Source of the DNA: Eledone cirrhosa
Taxonomy: Eukaryota
Length of the DNA: 64,000 bases
Reading direction: 5' to 3'
Assembly (NCBI GenBank): GCA_964016885.1
Contig: OZ024746.1
Coordinates: 72,850,001 to 72,914,000 of the forward strand
The position numbers and the translations under genes were made by a program. The notes under the pieces were generated by a model. It was not told where the DNA came from and searched no databases. It saw nothing but the letters and a program-made list of their open reading frames with translations. This document shows, piece after piece, positions 11,260-24,740 of this stretch (position 1 is its first letter; the number at the start of each line of letters is the position of its first letter).

Positions 11260-14224
11260 TCTCCTGAGACGCTATAGGCCATGATGGCTACCTATCACAC
11301 AATTACCCTCCTGTCCACCCCTCACACCACCATAGCCTATTCGACCAATCAAACCTTAGTAATCTGTCCCCCCCCACCCATTACCAAGCCCAACAAACTC
11401 TGCCATTACTACTACTACCTTTCTCCTTGCCCTTCCCAGACCCAACAAACCCTGCCATTATTACCACTACTGTTCTTCTAGCCCTGAATTCTCTTACCGT
11501 TATGTATGGATGAGCTGAGAATAAATGGAGCAACCCTGAATTAATAAATGAATATGAATCCGCGAGTTACCAAGCACCAATGCGAAGCTTTAATTCAGAG
11601 ACAGGAAGCATACACACACCCCTGCAAAAATTTACCCTTTCCCATGAATGTTGGCAAATGCCCAAAACTCTGAGTTGGAACCATCAATGTAAGCACAATG
11701 AAAGGAAGAGCAGGAGAAATCGTAGAGATGCTAGAACAAAAGGAAATTGATGTATGCTGTGTGCAAGAGACTAGATGGAGAGGAGAGTCTGCTAGAGTCC
11801 TTGTAGGCAAAAGTCAGTGCTACAAATTTTTCTGGGTGGGAAATAACGATGGGATGGGTGGTGTAGGTATCCTACTAGCTGACAAGTGGGTAGATAAGGT
11901 AATCTCAGTGAACAGGATGAATGCAAGAATCATTAAACTCAGACTAGTCCTGAATAAAACAATTACCACAATAATATCAGCTTACACACCCCAATCGAGG
12001 TTGCCAGACGAACTTAAAGATAGGTTTTACGAGTCCCTAATGCACACTACTGCTCCAACAAATGACAATGACTGACCTAATCATTGCAGAGATTTTAACG
12101 GACACGTAGGTAAACACCATGACGGCTTCTATAGAGTCCATTGGGTTGGCACAAGAAATGAAGAAGGATTCAGGCTTCTAGAATTCTGCGACACCAATGA
12201 CATGTCGATATGTAACACAAACTTAAAAAACCCGACAACCATCTGATCACCTATAGATCAGGGGAGCATTCTAATCAGATAGATTTTATCCTCACCAGAG
12301 GACGTGACAGATGGACGGTCGTAAACACAAAAGCCTTCCCTAGTGAGGAATGTACCTCCCAACATAGCTTAGTTGTCAGCGACCTCACGGTCAGAACTAG
12401 ACGAACCTGGAAACAGAAGCCAACCTGGAGAAGAAAGATCTGGAAGCTGAAAGACCCCTCAGCCAGTAACAGATTTAAAGATATTTTACTCGACACCTAT
12501 GGCAGTAAAGAAGAACAGATACAGACATTCAATGTAGAAAAGCACTGGGAGTTCCTAAAAAATAACTTACTAAAGGCGACAGATGAGATCTGTGGCTGGA
12601 GTAAGACCACAAGCAGGAGGAGAGTGACTTGGTGGTGGAACAATAAGGTAGACGAGGCAGTTAAGGCCAAGAGACAGGCATGGAAAGAATGGAAGAACAA
12701 GGGAAGCAGGGTACATTACATAGAGACCAGGAGGGAAGCTAGGCGACAAGTATACTTAGCTAGGAGGGAAGTGGAGGATAGAAAATTCAAGCATGTTTTG
12801 CAACATGAGGATCAGAAAGAGGTGTTCAAGATTTCGAAGCAGTGTGTCAGAGAGAATTGTATCCGGAATGATAAAGGAGAGCTTGCCCTCACAAGTGCTG
12901 AGAAGAAAGGTGCGTGGAAGAGCCATTATGAAAGATTACTAAATGAGGAGAATGCATGGGAAGAAGAAAGCCTACCCCAAGTAGACCCTATAGAGGGGCC
13001 AGCAGTACAAGTCAGCAACAGCGTAGTAAGTAAGGCAATCAAAGATATGAAGACGGGGAAGGCAACCAGTCCATCAGGTATAGCTGCCGAGATGCTGAAG
13101 GCATCTGGGTCGGTAGGTCACACCATAACCACACGTATTGTTAACCAGGTAATACTAGATGTCATACCAAAGGATTGGTGCAGCAGCATCATTGTCAAAT
13201 ATTACAAGGATAAAGGTGATGCACTAGATAGAGGAAATTATAGAGGTATAAAGCAGATGGACCAGGAAATGAAAGTAACAGACAGAGTTATAGCACAGTT
13301 GATTAGGGACTGGGTGAAACTAGATGACATGCAATTTGGATTTGTGCCAGGAAGAGGCATCACTGATGCCCTCCTCCTTGTGAGGCAGTTACAGGAAAAG
13401 TACCTAGCTAAAATTAAGCTGCTCTACCTGGCATTCGTCGATCTCGAGAAAGCCTTTGACAGAGTTCCACGTGCTGTAATCTGGTGGGCTCTTAGAAAAC
13501 TAACAAGTAGGGAGAAATACGTATGCAGTAGATGTACAGGGAAATTAGACAGTAGAAGTCGCATTGATAGACACATTTTTCAAATGCAGATGGGTGCTAT
13601 AGAAGTGGTGGATAGCTTCCGGTACCTAGGAGATCAGATTAGCATTAGTTTTCCGGGGCCATAGCATCTAGAATAAGGATGGGTTGGAAGAAGTTTAGGG
13701 AGCTGCTTCCTCTGCTGACGAAGAAGGATTTCTTCATGCGTACGAAAGGTCGATTATGATGCCTGTGTGAGGAGTGCGATGCTGCATGGTAGTGAGACAT
13801 GGGCAGCAACTGCAGAGGATATGCGATGGCTGGAGAGAAATGAGGCAAGCATGCTCCGTTGGATGTGCAATGTCAATGTGCGTGAACGACCCAGCATGAA
13901 TGTGTTGAGAGAGAAACTGTGTCTGAGAGGGATATAATGTAGTGTGCGAGAGAGGAGACTGAGGTGGTATGGACATGTGATGCGCATGGAGGATGACCGA
14001 TGGGTGAAGAAGTGCCAGGAAATGCCAGTTGAAGGAAGACGTGGTAGAGGTAGACCATGAAAAACATGGGCGGAGGTGGTGGGAACAGACCTCAGATCAC
14101 TGAAGCTCACGGTGGAGATGACGAAGGACCGTGACAAGTGGAGAGATGCTGTGCTAAATAAGACCCATCCCACCCTTGCAAGCAGGGAAAAGCAGACGTA
14201 AAATGATGATGATGATGATGATGA
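11260..14224 (+). mobile_element. Decayed RTE LINE, internally deleted and probably chimeric
   Basis: Endonuclease motif VCCVQETRW; RT N-terminus up to WWALRKL fused at about 13500 to post-zinc-finger sequence (YADD region absent); (GAT)n tail at 14203-14224. 5' boundary approximate. Confidence 0.85.
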
Positions 14225-14449
14225 CGAAGAGAATCAGGACTCCGTTTCCACAGCTATATCTGAACAAGTTCGGATCTAGCTGTCAGGGTACTGACTCTTT
14301 TCCACACTACTACCATAAGTATTGAGTACTCTGGTGCATCCTGGTATTTTACCTCACCCTCTTTGTTATATATATATATTTATATATACATGGAGAGAGA
14401 GAGAGAGAGAGATTGTTCCAGGTTTGGAAGAAACAAGAACCTATTCATT

Positions 14450-14730
14450 AAATTGATGTGAAGTGGCTGAGCATCCCATAGACACATGTATCTATAACGA
14501 TATTTTCACAGAGATTGAGTGTGAGATCGTTTAACAATGCTGTCATTTTGAATTACAGGTACAGTCCATTCGACGAGTCTCCAAGCTCTTCCAGTCCACC
14601 CAATTTCACTAACAAGGCATGGATCAACCCAGGTAATGGTAAATAGCAGTTGATAAGGTTGCTACATAGGGGGATCAAACATTAATGATTAATGATTGCG
14701 AAGTGAATTTGTTAACTATTCTGCAATTTA
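14450..14730 (-). mobile_element. Decayed tRNA-SINE in the intron downstream of exon A, present in all unit copies
   Basis: Degenerate GTTTGATCCCC B-box and body ...ACATGTGTCTATGGGATGCTCAGCCACTT; paralogs at about 16955-17120, 31240-31515, 51200-51365 and 57665-57840. Confidence 0.55.
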
Positions 14731-14785
14731 GCGTCCAGAAAAATGACTATATAGCTATAAGAAATACAGAGTAGAATACACTTAC

Positions 14786-14831
14786 TTCGTGTTATTTTCT
14801 TCAGAACAAATTTTAGGACTCATGTCAAAAG
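14786..14831 (-). CDS. Micro-exon A (46 nt, phase 1 to 2): xFDMSPKICSEENNT
   Basis: ttttccag|CTTTTGACATG...AACACGAA|gtaagt; only the phase-1 frame is stop-free. Confidence 0.65.
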
Positions 14832-14879
14832 CTGGAAAATTGAAAAAAAAAATATATTAATCATGTTACTCTAGACCGA

Positions 14880-15049
14880 GAAATTTTAGGCTTTTCATTT
14901 CTAATTTCTATTATCATTACACTTTTGATATTTTTTTTTTACAAAATATAGATATATTGAAATAATTATGAGGAAAAAATATATCTTCATATTTATTGTT
15001 TACTAACTGAATAAGAATAGCAGTAACCCAGGCCGGGTCATTCAGCTAG
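14880..15049 (+). mobile_element. Helitron 3' terminus fragment
   Basis: Hairpin ACCCAGGCCGGGT followed by CAGCTAG|T (CTAG 15046-15049), similar to the 47895-47923 terminus. Confidence 0.55.
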
Positions 15050-16766
15050 TATTCAAATAAATCTTTTATGGTGGTGCACCTGCATGGTCACAGTACATTG
15101 AACTGAAACCAATAAAAGTATGTAACTAATAAAGCACCGTCATTGGTGAACACTATTAGCAATGAAAGTTATGTCTGTTTTAAAAGCGGTTGAAGAGTAG
15201 ATGTATGTAAATGATTAATGGAAGAATCAAACACTTGACTTAACTTCATTCCTCGGTTATATCTGTTATACGATATATGTTGTTATGGTCTTTTAAAATG
15301 GTATAAATATTACAGTGTCATTTGATATATGTGTGTGATAATATCAATATAGGTATATTGGTAAAAGAACCACATGGATTATGTAGCAGGCAAAGGAATA
15401 ATGTAACTTTTAGTGATAATGTGTTTCATTAGATTCCAGTATGTACATTTGAATTGGGTGAAGGAGCGAAGAATTTCTAATTATTTGCCAATTGAACTGG
15501 ATTTCTTGTAGTTTTCCAGATATCTACAAAATATCCCTAGTGACAATGCTGTGTTTTATGTTGGAGTGCTGCATTTCTATAGTTTGAAAGAATGGAAGAT
15601 TGGGAAGGTTATATTGGAACTATACCTCATGAAATTTTATTTTTGATAGGCATATGTGAAGCCTGTTTATGTCATATCTATTATCAGATCTGAACGACAA
15701 TTGTGTCCCTGGGGTAATTGTGATTTTGGTAGACTTACTTTTTGAGGAAGCAGTACTGCTATAATACCTGAGGCATTATATGAGAACAGATTCTCAACCA
15801 TTTAAGTAATATTGAAATCTAGAAAAATATTGTTTGGATATTTTATGCAAGAGCTATGAAATTAAGTTTTAAATATTGGGAAAGATGACCACTGTAGCTT
15901 TCTAATTCGGCCTGTTAACATAGAAATGGGGCCTGAAAAACACGTTAATTTTATAAGTGCATCGATGGCTGCCACAAAGGGTACGTAAAAACTTTACATC
16001 TAGAGATGTAGAATTTCGAGATATGGTAACGAAAGTGTTAATAATATTAAGTATCATGAGTATTGACATTAGAGTCATGGGAACATTATCCCAGTATCGT
16101 ATCCTCATCTATAAAGGTCCAGAATACTGACAGAAGAGACACATTTATGTAGCGGAAACTAAAGTGAGCTCGACAAAACATGGCCAACCAGGACCTTATA
16201 GAATGGGGCTACATTAATTTCAATCAGTGTTCCCGTTGTTTAGTCAACTGAACAATCTGCTTATGAAACTAACGTGTAAATGGTTGGATATCCCACATAC
16301 ACGTGTACCCTGGATGTAATTTCCTCGAAAAATCAGAGTGACATAGTGTTTGACGAGGTTTGTCTTTGGAATTACATATACAGTATTTTCAACGGGCTTC
16401 CAAACAGTTTCCTTCTGCCCAATTTTATTCACACAGGTCTATCTGAGGTTATGGTAAATGATGTACTGTCCAAGATGTCACGCAGTGGGATCGAACCTGA
16501 GACAATGACAGTGTAATGACAAATGAAGTCAAAAGTCACATGTGCTCTACATTATTTTCGGTCAAAAATCGATCTCATCATCCATCTATGAATAGATAAA
16601 CCTCAATCAGTCATGAACCTAAAGTTACGGTCTATAATCACTGATGGATGAGTACATAGAATATTACTAAAAAATAAAAAAGACATCATTGTTTCAAATA
16701 CTATTTTGTTATCTCATAGAAGTAAAACATGATGAAGAGTTTATATATAAGGGTGATAATACTTAC

Positions 16767-16798
16767 TTCTTATCTCACTTTCCAGGCATCTCCTGATC
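16767..16798 (-). CDS. Micro-exon B (32 nt, phase 2 to 1): IRRCLESEIR
   Basis: gttttccag|GATCAGGAGATGCCTGGAAAGTGAGATAAGAA|gtaagt. Confidence 0.65.
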
Positions 16799-17173
16799 CT
16801 GGAAAACAAAGATTTAAAAAAATTAATTTGTAAATAAATGTTATTAATTTAGTGTTATGAAAGAGACAGGAAATGGAATAGACATCCAACAGTTTTAATG
16901 TTGAGTACTACAATTGTTCAATCAACGGTACATTTTGTTGGGGAAAATTATGTCAAAGTGGGTGAGCATTCTACAGGTTTCGGTTTATCCAATTTCACTA
17001 ACAAGGCATGGATCAACTTGAGATTATTGTAAATAACATTTGCTCAAGATGCTTCGTAGGGGGATAAAACACACGCCTTAATGATTGCGAAGTGAATCTG
17101 TTAACCATTCAGTAATGAATCATCCACAAGATTACAATATAATCATAAGAAATGCAGAGTAGAATAAACTTAC

Positions 17174-17225
17174 TCTACAAAATCAGTTGTTTCGTCAACA
17201 CAATCTTCTGTAATCTTCCCAAAAG
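17174..17225 (-). CDS. Micro-exon A (52 nt, phase 1 to 2): xFGKITEDCVDETTDFV
   Basis: ctctccag|CTTTTGGGAAG...TTTTGTAGA|gtaagt; only the phase-1 frame is stop-free. Confidence 0.65.
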
Positions 17226-18009
17226 CTGGAGAGTGGAGACAAAAATATATTAATCATGTTACTCTAGACCAAGTAATTTGAGTTCTCATACAAATAGCAG
17301 TTTTGGTATATTAACTGGATATTAGATAAAATAACCAATAAAACCAAAACAAAACAAACCAAGAATGTTTATCATATTTAAAAAAAATATAAGGTTAACT
17401 AGATTACAAATTTTACTAATTAATTATTACTTTAGATATTATGTGTTTATGTTGAACCAAGACCATTCCTTTTATTAACAAACATGTTGTAGTGTTTTGT
17501 GTTGGATCTCCGCCGGTGAATGTTCAAGTTGATGGATTAATGGAATAGCCAGTTGGCGATATTAACGTGAAAGTGGTAGTACCGTCTGTGTTAGTAGAAC
17601 TAGTAGTAGTACCACAAAAATTAGCAGCAGTAGGAATAGTAGTAGTAGTTTGGACTCAAGGTCAGCTTTTATTGACTCAGTCTTTCCAGCCATGACTATC
17701 CTGTCTGGTTTCCAAGTATAGTGTATCTAGGGCTATTATATTTTCTAGTATGATAAGATGTGTTTCGAGGGTCATTTTGTTACTAATTCTAGCAGGTCGA
17801 GCAACCACATTCATCAAATAGGGTTAGTCGTATTAATACAATGTATATCTTTTACATCTTTGTGAGCCAATTGAATCAGAGCTGAGCAGCGCGAGGGAAT
17901 TCTGGGTAGCCAATTGTGGCAGAGTATAGAGGTGTGTCACTGTGAGCTAGACATACCAATGTTAAAGAGAATAGGAAGTTCCATTATTTAGATGTTTCTA
18001 ACATTTCAC

Positions 18010-18088
<79 letters not shown>

Positions 18089-18159
18089 GCAAAGGAATAT
18101 ATACCGGAAAACATTTATATATATATATATATACGCAGATGTATATATACTTATATATA

Positions 18160-19490
18160 TATACGCAGATGATCTAACGCTCATAGCTGAATCAATGGCC
18201 GAGCTAGAGAAGAAATTCCAAACATGAAAGCACGGCCTAGAATCAAAAGGCCTTAAAATTAACCTGGCTAAGACTAAAGTTCTAGTTTGTAGGAAAGAAA
18301 ATAAGGCGCCGGTCCCTTCCGGGAAATGGCCATGCTCAGTGTGTAGGAAAGGCGTAGGTAGAAACTCCATTTTATGTCCCGAATGCAAAATATGGGTGCA
18401 TAAAAGATGTAGTGGGATCACAGGTAAGCTAACTAAGAACATAGATTTTACATGTGGCCGGTGCTCTGGTGCAATAAGTAGCAGCAAGTGCCCACAAAAT
18501 ACTAGCTCTTTCAATTGCGCAGAGGGTTCTATAGAAATAGTGGACAGCTTCTGTTACCTGGGTGACAAAATCAGCAGTGGGGGAGGGTGCTCTGAAAGTA
18601 CAGTAGCTAGAGTCAGAACTGGATGGAAAAAGTTCAGAGAGCTTATACCACTATTAGCCACTAAAGGGTTCTCCCTAAAAATGAAAGGCAGGCTGTATGA
18701 TGCCTGCATACGAACAGCAATGTTGCATGGCAGTGAGACCTGGGCATTGTGTGCAGAGGATATACGCAGACTAGAGAGGAACGAAGCTTGCATGCTCCGC
18801 TGGATGTGTAATAGTAATATACGCGAACGGCAAAGCATAAACGAACTAAGGGAAAAATTAGAAATAAGAGGGATCAGATGTTGTTTACTCGAGAGAAGGC
18901 TACGGTGGTATGGTCACGTGATGCGCATGAAAGACGACAGCTGTATAAAAAAGTGCAGGGCAATAAAGATAGACGGTAACCACGGAGTAGGCAGATCCAG
19001 AAAAACCTGGGACGACCTGATAAATTCCGACCTCACACACTTACACCTCTCCAAGACAATGTCACTGGACCAAGATCTTTGGCGGTACTCAGTAATAGAG
19101 AAGACCCGCCTTACCTAAATACAAAGTAAAACCTACTACAGTCAGTAGGCATCTCTAACAAAATACACCCCCGTCCCATCCACACCGCCCCTTTCAATGT
19201 AAAGTTATGTTGGTGCCACAACATCCAGGCTGAAACAAATGAGATCGTGTAGGTCTCACGACAAAAAACACACAGTCCACGCTGTAATGTGGCCGTGTAG
19301 GCAACACGGTAGAAACCTCCCAGTCCCACACTGTAAATGTGGTTGGTGTCAGGAAGGGCATCCAGCTGTAGAAAACCCGCCAGACAGTCCTATGCGAGCA
19401 AGACAACCACTCTTGCCTCAAGTGGGAAAACTCCCGTCCAAACCCATGCAAGCGTGGAACATGGACGTTAAACGATGATGATGATGATGA
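18160..19490 (+). mobile_element. 5'-truncated RTE LINE
   Basis: Starts at the YADD codons; ORF 18339-19118 nearly identical to the C-terminus of the 1086-aa ORF; (GAT)n tail; both ends in (TA)n. Confidence 0.93.
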
Positions 19491-19600
19491 TATATATATA
19501 TGTAAATGAAGTAATTCCGTCGGAAAGGTCCAGGAAAAAAGAGTGCTCTATGTAGGTTACATAGCTTATTAGTTATGTAATAAACAACATAAGATAATTA

Positions 19601-19660
19601 TTTCATTTACCAGTGGTTTCTTGAAAGCAAACAAATTTGCTTTCATTCATCAGAATGAAA
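19601..19660 (-). ncRNA. Type I hammerhead ribozyme (Penelope pseudo-LTR)
   Basis: Exact reverse complement of 30124-30183. Confidence 0.75.
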
Positions 19661-19895
19661 AAATCCTGGTGTATTTATTGAAAGTGGATTTGCAAAACAA
19701 AAATATAATAAATATGAAAGTGAAGCTGGAGGAAGAAAAAGAAAAGGAGAAAAAGAATAATAAATATAAAGGTATATAAACACACACACACACACACACA
19801 CATATACATATACATATATATATCCATACATACACATAAATATACAAACACATATATATATATACACAAATATATATACATATATATATATATAT

Positions 19896-20500
19896 GGTGG
19901 CTGCCAACTCGTTTTCGAGTACGGCCACTACTTTATATCCATGTAGGAGACCCTACCGATGCGCTGAACGAGTGTGACTTTTTAGTCCAGCCAGCGACTT
20001 GAAAACTCTGGTACAAACACTACACTTGTGACAATTACTGACACATAGTGCTGGGCCCATGGTACCATGTGATGACAAGTGCAGAGAGATCTCCAGATAT
20101 AAAGCAATGCCTGTGCCGTGAAGCTTTTATAGTGAGCAAAGGCACTGCACAAAGCCAGTCCCACTCTCTTAACCAAGATGATATTTACCAAAAAGAAGAA
20201 CAAGTCAACATCATCGGATACCATCAGGGCTGCAGGTGTTATATCAGAGTTTTCCTTCTCCTAGAATTCTGCCTTGAAAAAAGCTAAGGGGTCATCTCTC
20301 CCGGTGATTTTGGATGGCCATTGACTCTTAAGAGCTCCTTTGCCCTTTGACAGGTTTTGTTTTTAGTCCTGCAGGATGTCCCAAGTCACCCTCCTCACCA
20401 AGAAACCTTGGTAGGGTTGCCAGTTTAGTCGCCAACGACCTGACCATGAGACAGGTTTACTGGGATACATGTTACCAGTAGCACCAACTGGTGACCTGAC
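19896..20500 (-). mobile_element. Non-autonomous bipartite RTE (BovB-like) derivative, about 605 bp
   Basis: RTE-like 5' UTR (GGAGAAGGAAAACTCTGA) fused to C-terminal C2H2 codons CSVCTRVFKSLAGLKSH and a short 3' end; 4 copies in the window. Confidence 0.65.
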
Positions 20501-20741
20501 ATACATATATATACATACATACACACACATACATATACGCACATACATATGCACACACATATAAGATATATATACCTACATACGCAATCACATACAAATA
20601 AAAATATAAAAATAAAAAATAAGAATTAAGGAAATAAAAATTATTATTGAGTTGACAGTGATACAGAGGAGAAAGGCACAAATAAAAAAATAAATAAACA
20701 CACGTGGTAAGCAAATGCACAAGATAAAATAAATATAATAA

Positions 20742-20772
<31 letters not shown>

Positions 20773-20895
20773 TATATACATGCATACACATACAACATAT
20801 ATACACACACATAAATATATACAGTATAAACATATACACAGAAAAGTGTATACATACAAATACATACTTTTATATATATACATATACACACATAT

Positions 20896-21501
20896 GGTGG
20901 CTGCCAACTCGTTTTCGAGTACGGCCACTACTTTATATCTATGTAGGAGAACCCCTACCGATGCGCTGAACAAGTGTGACTTTTTAGTCCAGCCAGCAAC
21001 TTGAAAACTCTGGTAAAACACTACATTTGTGACAATTATTGACACATAGTGCTGGGCCCATGGTACCATGTGATGACAAGTGCAGAGAGATCTCCAGATA
21101 TAAAGCAATGCCTGTGCCGTGAAGCTTTTATAGTGAGCAAAGGCACTGCACAAAGCCAGTCCCACTCTCTTAACCAAGATGATATTTACCAAGAAGAAGA
21201 ACAAGTCAACATCATCGGATACCATCAGGGCTGCAGGTGTTATATCAGAGTTTTCCTTCTCCTAGAATTCTGCCTTGAAAAAGGCTAAGGGGTCATCTCT
21301 CCCGGTGATTTTGGATGGCCATTGACTCTTAAGAGCTCCTTTGCCCTTTGACAGGTTTTGTTTTAGTCCAGCAGGATGTCCAAAGTCACCCTCCCCAACA
21401 AGAAACCTTCGTGGGGTTGCCAGTTTAGTCGCCAACGACCCGACCATGAGACAGGTTGTACTGGGATACATGTTACCAATAGCACCAACTGGTGACCTGA
21501 C
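20896..21501 (-). mobile_element. Non-autonomous bipartite RTE derivative, second copy
   Basis: Near-identical to 19896-20500, same termini, flanked by TA/TACA microsatellite. Confidence 0.65.
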
Positions 21502-22248
21502 ATACATATATATATATACACACATACATACATACATATACATACATACAGACACATATATATAAAAAACATATACACACATATACAATTCACATTCATA
21601 CACATTGATACGCATGCATATACTCAGTCACACGAATAAGAACATATATATAAATGTAGGTGAATATACACATATCGAAAAACATTAATACATTCACGTA
21701 CACATATGCATAAGAAAAAATACATACAACCACATACACACATATATATATATAAGAAAATTACTTATATATAAAAAACCCTATATATAAAGATATACAT
21801 ACATACACACATATCTATCTATATATACACATATAAACACACATATATATACATACATATGTATATATACATACAAACACATATATATATATATACATAC
21901 ATATGTATATATACATACATATACACACACACATACATACATATGTGTATATACATACATATACACACACACATACATACATATGTGTATATACATACAT
22001 ACACACATACATATGTGTATATACATACATATACACACACACATACATACATACATACATGTGTATATACATACATATACACACACATACATACATACAT
22101 ATGTGTATATACATACATATACATACACACATACATACATACATGTGTATATACATACATATACACATACATACATATGTGTATATACATACATATACAC
22201 ACACATACATACATACATATGTGTATATACATACATATACACACACAC

Positions 22249-22282
<34 letters not shown>

Positions 22283-22549
22283 CTATATATATATATATAT
22301 ATACACACATATATATAAATACATAAATACACATATATACATATAAAAATAAAAAGGTAGAAGGGGTATTCAAATAGTTGGGAATACAACAAATAATAAA
22401 TAAAGGTATACATGTTTATAGCTGATTTAGAGCACTCAACAAATTCCTGGAGCAAATAATCAATGAAAATAAACTTTAAATAACTCTGTATGTAATAATG
22501 CATATACATGCATACATATACATACACACACACACACAACCATATACAT

Positions 22550-22607
<58 letters not shown>

Positions 22608-22754
22608 GATATTAACAAATGGAAACTATATTTATAAAACCATAGTTTCCATTTGTTAATATCGTATGTTTACTCCAAATGCTTGTTGAGTGCTTTATAT
22701 CAGTTATAACATTATTTGCTTGATGTATCCCAACAATTTAAATAGAACTTTTGC

Positions 22755-22803
<49 letters not shown>

Positions 22804-22881
22804 TATATACAAAAAGTTACATCAGCACATAAATAAAAATACACACACACATATATATACAGGCATAAACATAAAAATTAT

Positions 22882-22924
<43 letters not shown>

Positions 22925-23116
22925 TACACATATACACAAATACATACATACACACAGAAATAAATAGTGGTGGGTATGAAAAGGGTAAGTTAGAAAGTAG
23001 GGGGGGAATAAGAAAAATAAATAATATAGGAAAGATAAGGGAGAAAAAGAATATAAGGGTGAGTTCAGAGAGTAGTAAAAATCGTAGTGGATGTAAGGCG
23101 TAAAGAACAAAGAAGT

Positions 23117-23960
23117 TCAAAGTGGTTGGGTCATCGTAGGAATGTCAATCCAGTTACAGAGCAGATGTGATTTCAGGTGAGGACAACATCTGAAGATCTC
23201 GATCTTCGACTTAAGGCAAGTTGAAGTGGCTTTCAAATTTTGTAGAATTCTAAATTTTTCAGTGGTACACAAAGAACAATTCTTTGTGTCCCTTTTGTAT
23301 TCCCTCGAATGGTCTAAGATAGACCAATCGAAAGAGTACGGGATGTTTTTATCTTTGAATTCCCACACCTTTTTTGTGAGAGCCATTGCTGTTCTTTTAT
23401 CAGAGTGTTTAAAAGAGGCGACATGTGCATAAAACCTGGTTTTGAACCTGTCCTGAGTCATGCCAACATATCGTTCACTCCTGGCTGGCTGGTTGTTAAT
23501 CAAAGGTGTCACTTTGGCTTCATATACAATAGATTTGGTATTACATTTGCCCTGTAATGGGCATTCATCCGGCTTCCTGCAACTGCATCCTGGATTTATT
23601 CTCGTATGATTAGAGTTGGTGATTTTAGACTTCATTGATGGGCAGCAAGAGTAACTGATTTTAACTACATTTCTATTAATTATCTTATAATATCTATGAT
23701 TAGGGGGAAAATGTTTGTCTAGGAGGTCAAGGAATTTCCTTCCTATATTAGTTTTGACAGTTAGAGAGAAGGGGGGTGGGGGTGGGGTGTAAACCAAATA
23801 ATTTTCCTATTCCTATTATTGTGCTTAGTTTTAGGGGGAGGAGTAGGTAAATATTTAATATGCTCTGTAAAGCCGCTGTTATTGAGGGCTTTATTATAAT
23901 AAGGGGCGGCTTTGTTAAAAATGTCTAGAGACGAAGATAAGATAGAATTTGGGTATGGTA
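23117..23960 (-). mobile_element. Penelope-like element 3' ORF fragment (linker plus GIY-YIG endonuclease)
   Basis: NRNRKIIWFTPP (frameshifted), VKISYSC, CSC...CPLQGKC, IVYEAKV...RYVGMT..FKTRFYAH, CSLCTTEK, CCPH. Confidence 0.85.
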
Positions 23961-24006
23961 TATCTTATTATTAATTATATCTAATGTTTCTTCTCTCTTC
24001 ATAATG

Positions 24007-24061
<55 letters not shown>

Positions 24062-24394
24062 TATATATACATACACAAACATATACATATATATATATAC
24101 ACACACAAAATGCCCAAATGCAGGTACATGTGAACGCACGTACACACAGCGATATGCATACAAATGAACGGCCACTCATACAAACATGTACTCATAAATA
24201 TACACATATACACAGGCACAGAAAAACAGCTCTACAAGCAGAAAATGCAGATAGGTAAGAGGTACTTACATAACCATAGTGCCGTGTTTCAGGTTGAGGA
24301 GGGGTAGGGTGGGGTGGTAGGGAGGTAGAGGGGCTATTTTGTCGGCTGGCGTTTAGAAAAAAAAAGGGGGGGGGGGAAAGCCATTTTTAGCCAT

Positions 24395-24740
24395 CGAGCA
24401 TTAACACTGGCTTATTTGAAAGTTGCAAAGTTTTTGTGCATGCAGTTCGGGCAGTGTTCAGAGAATTTATTCAGTAGCGGGCTCTTGGCAAATAAAATTT
24501 CGTAGCTCTCTGAGATACAAAGGTCGCAGCACTTGTGTCCTCCGTTGTATGAGCGCGCTTTCTGGAGTATTTTCTATTTAAGCGTGAAGGGGGTGGAGTT
24601 CCTTTTGAGGTCCCAAACATAGGAGGCGAGGGTTGTCTGGTTTGATTTGTCCGATCTTCTGAAGGAGTGGGCATGGGAATACCACCGGGTCTTAAAGTTA
24701 TTGGAAGTCATGCCAATGTAAGTCTTTTTGTTGTTGAATT
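24395..24740 (-). mobile_element. Second Penelope GIY-YIG fragment, frameshifted
   Basis: Minus strand KTYIGMTSNNFKTRWYSHAHSFRR...CDLCISE...CPNCMH. Confidence 0.7.

Larger units (their letters stand above)
15060..18000. repeat. Copy of the tandem segmental unit
   Basis: 15066-15955 matches 53731-54645; 16020-16500 matches 55398-55870; 17000-17990 matches 31390-32420 and 51240-52610. Confidence 0.88.
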
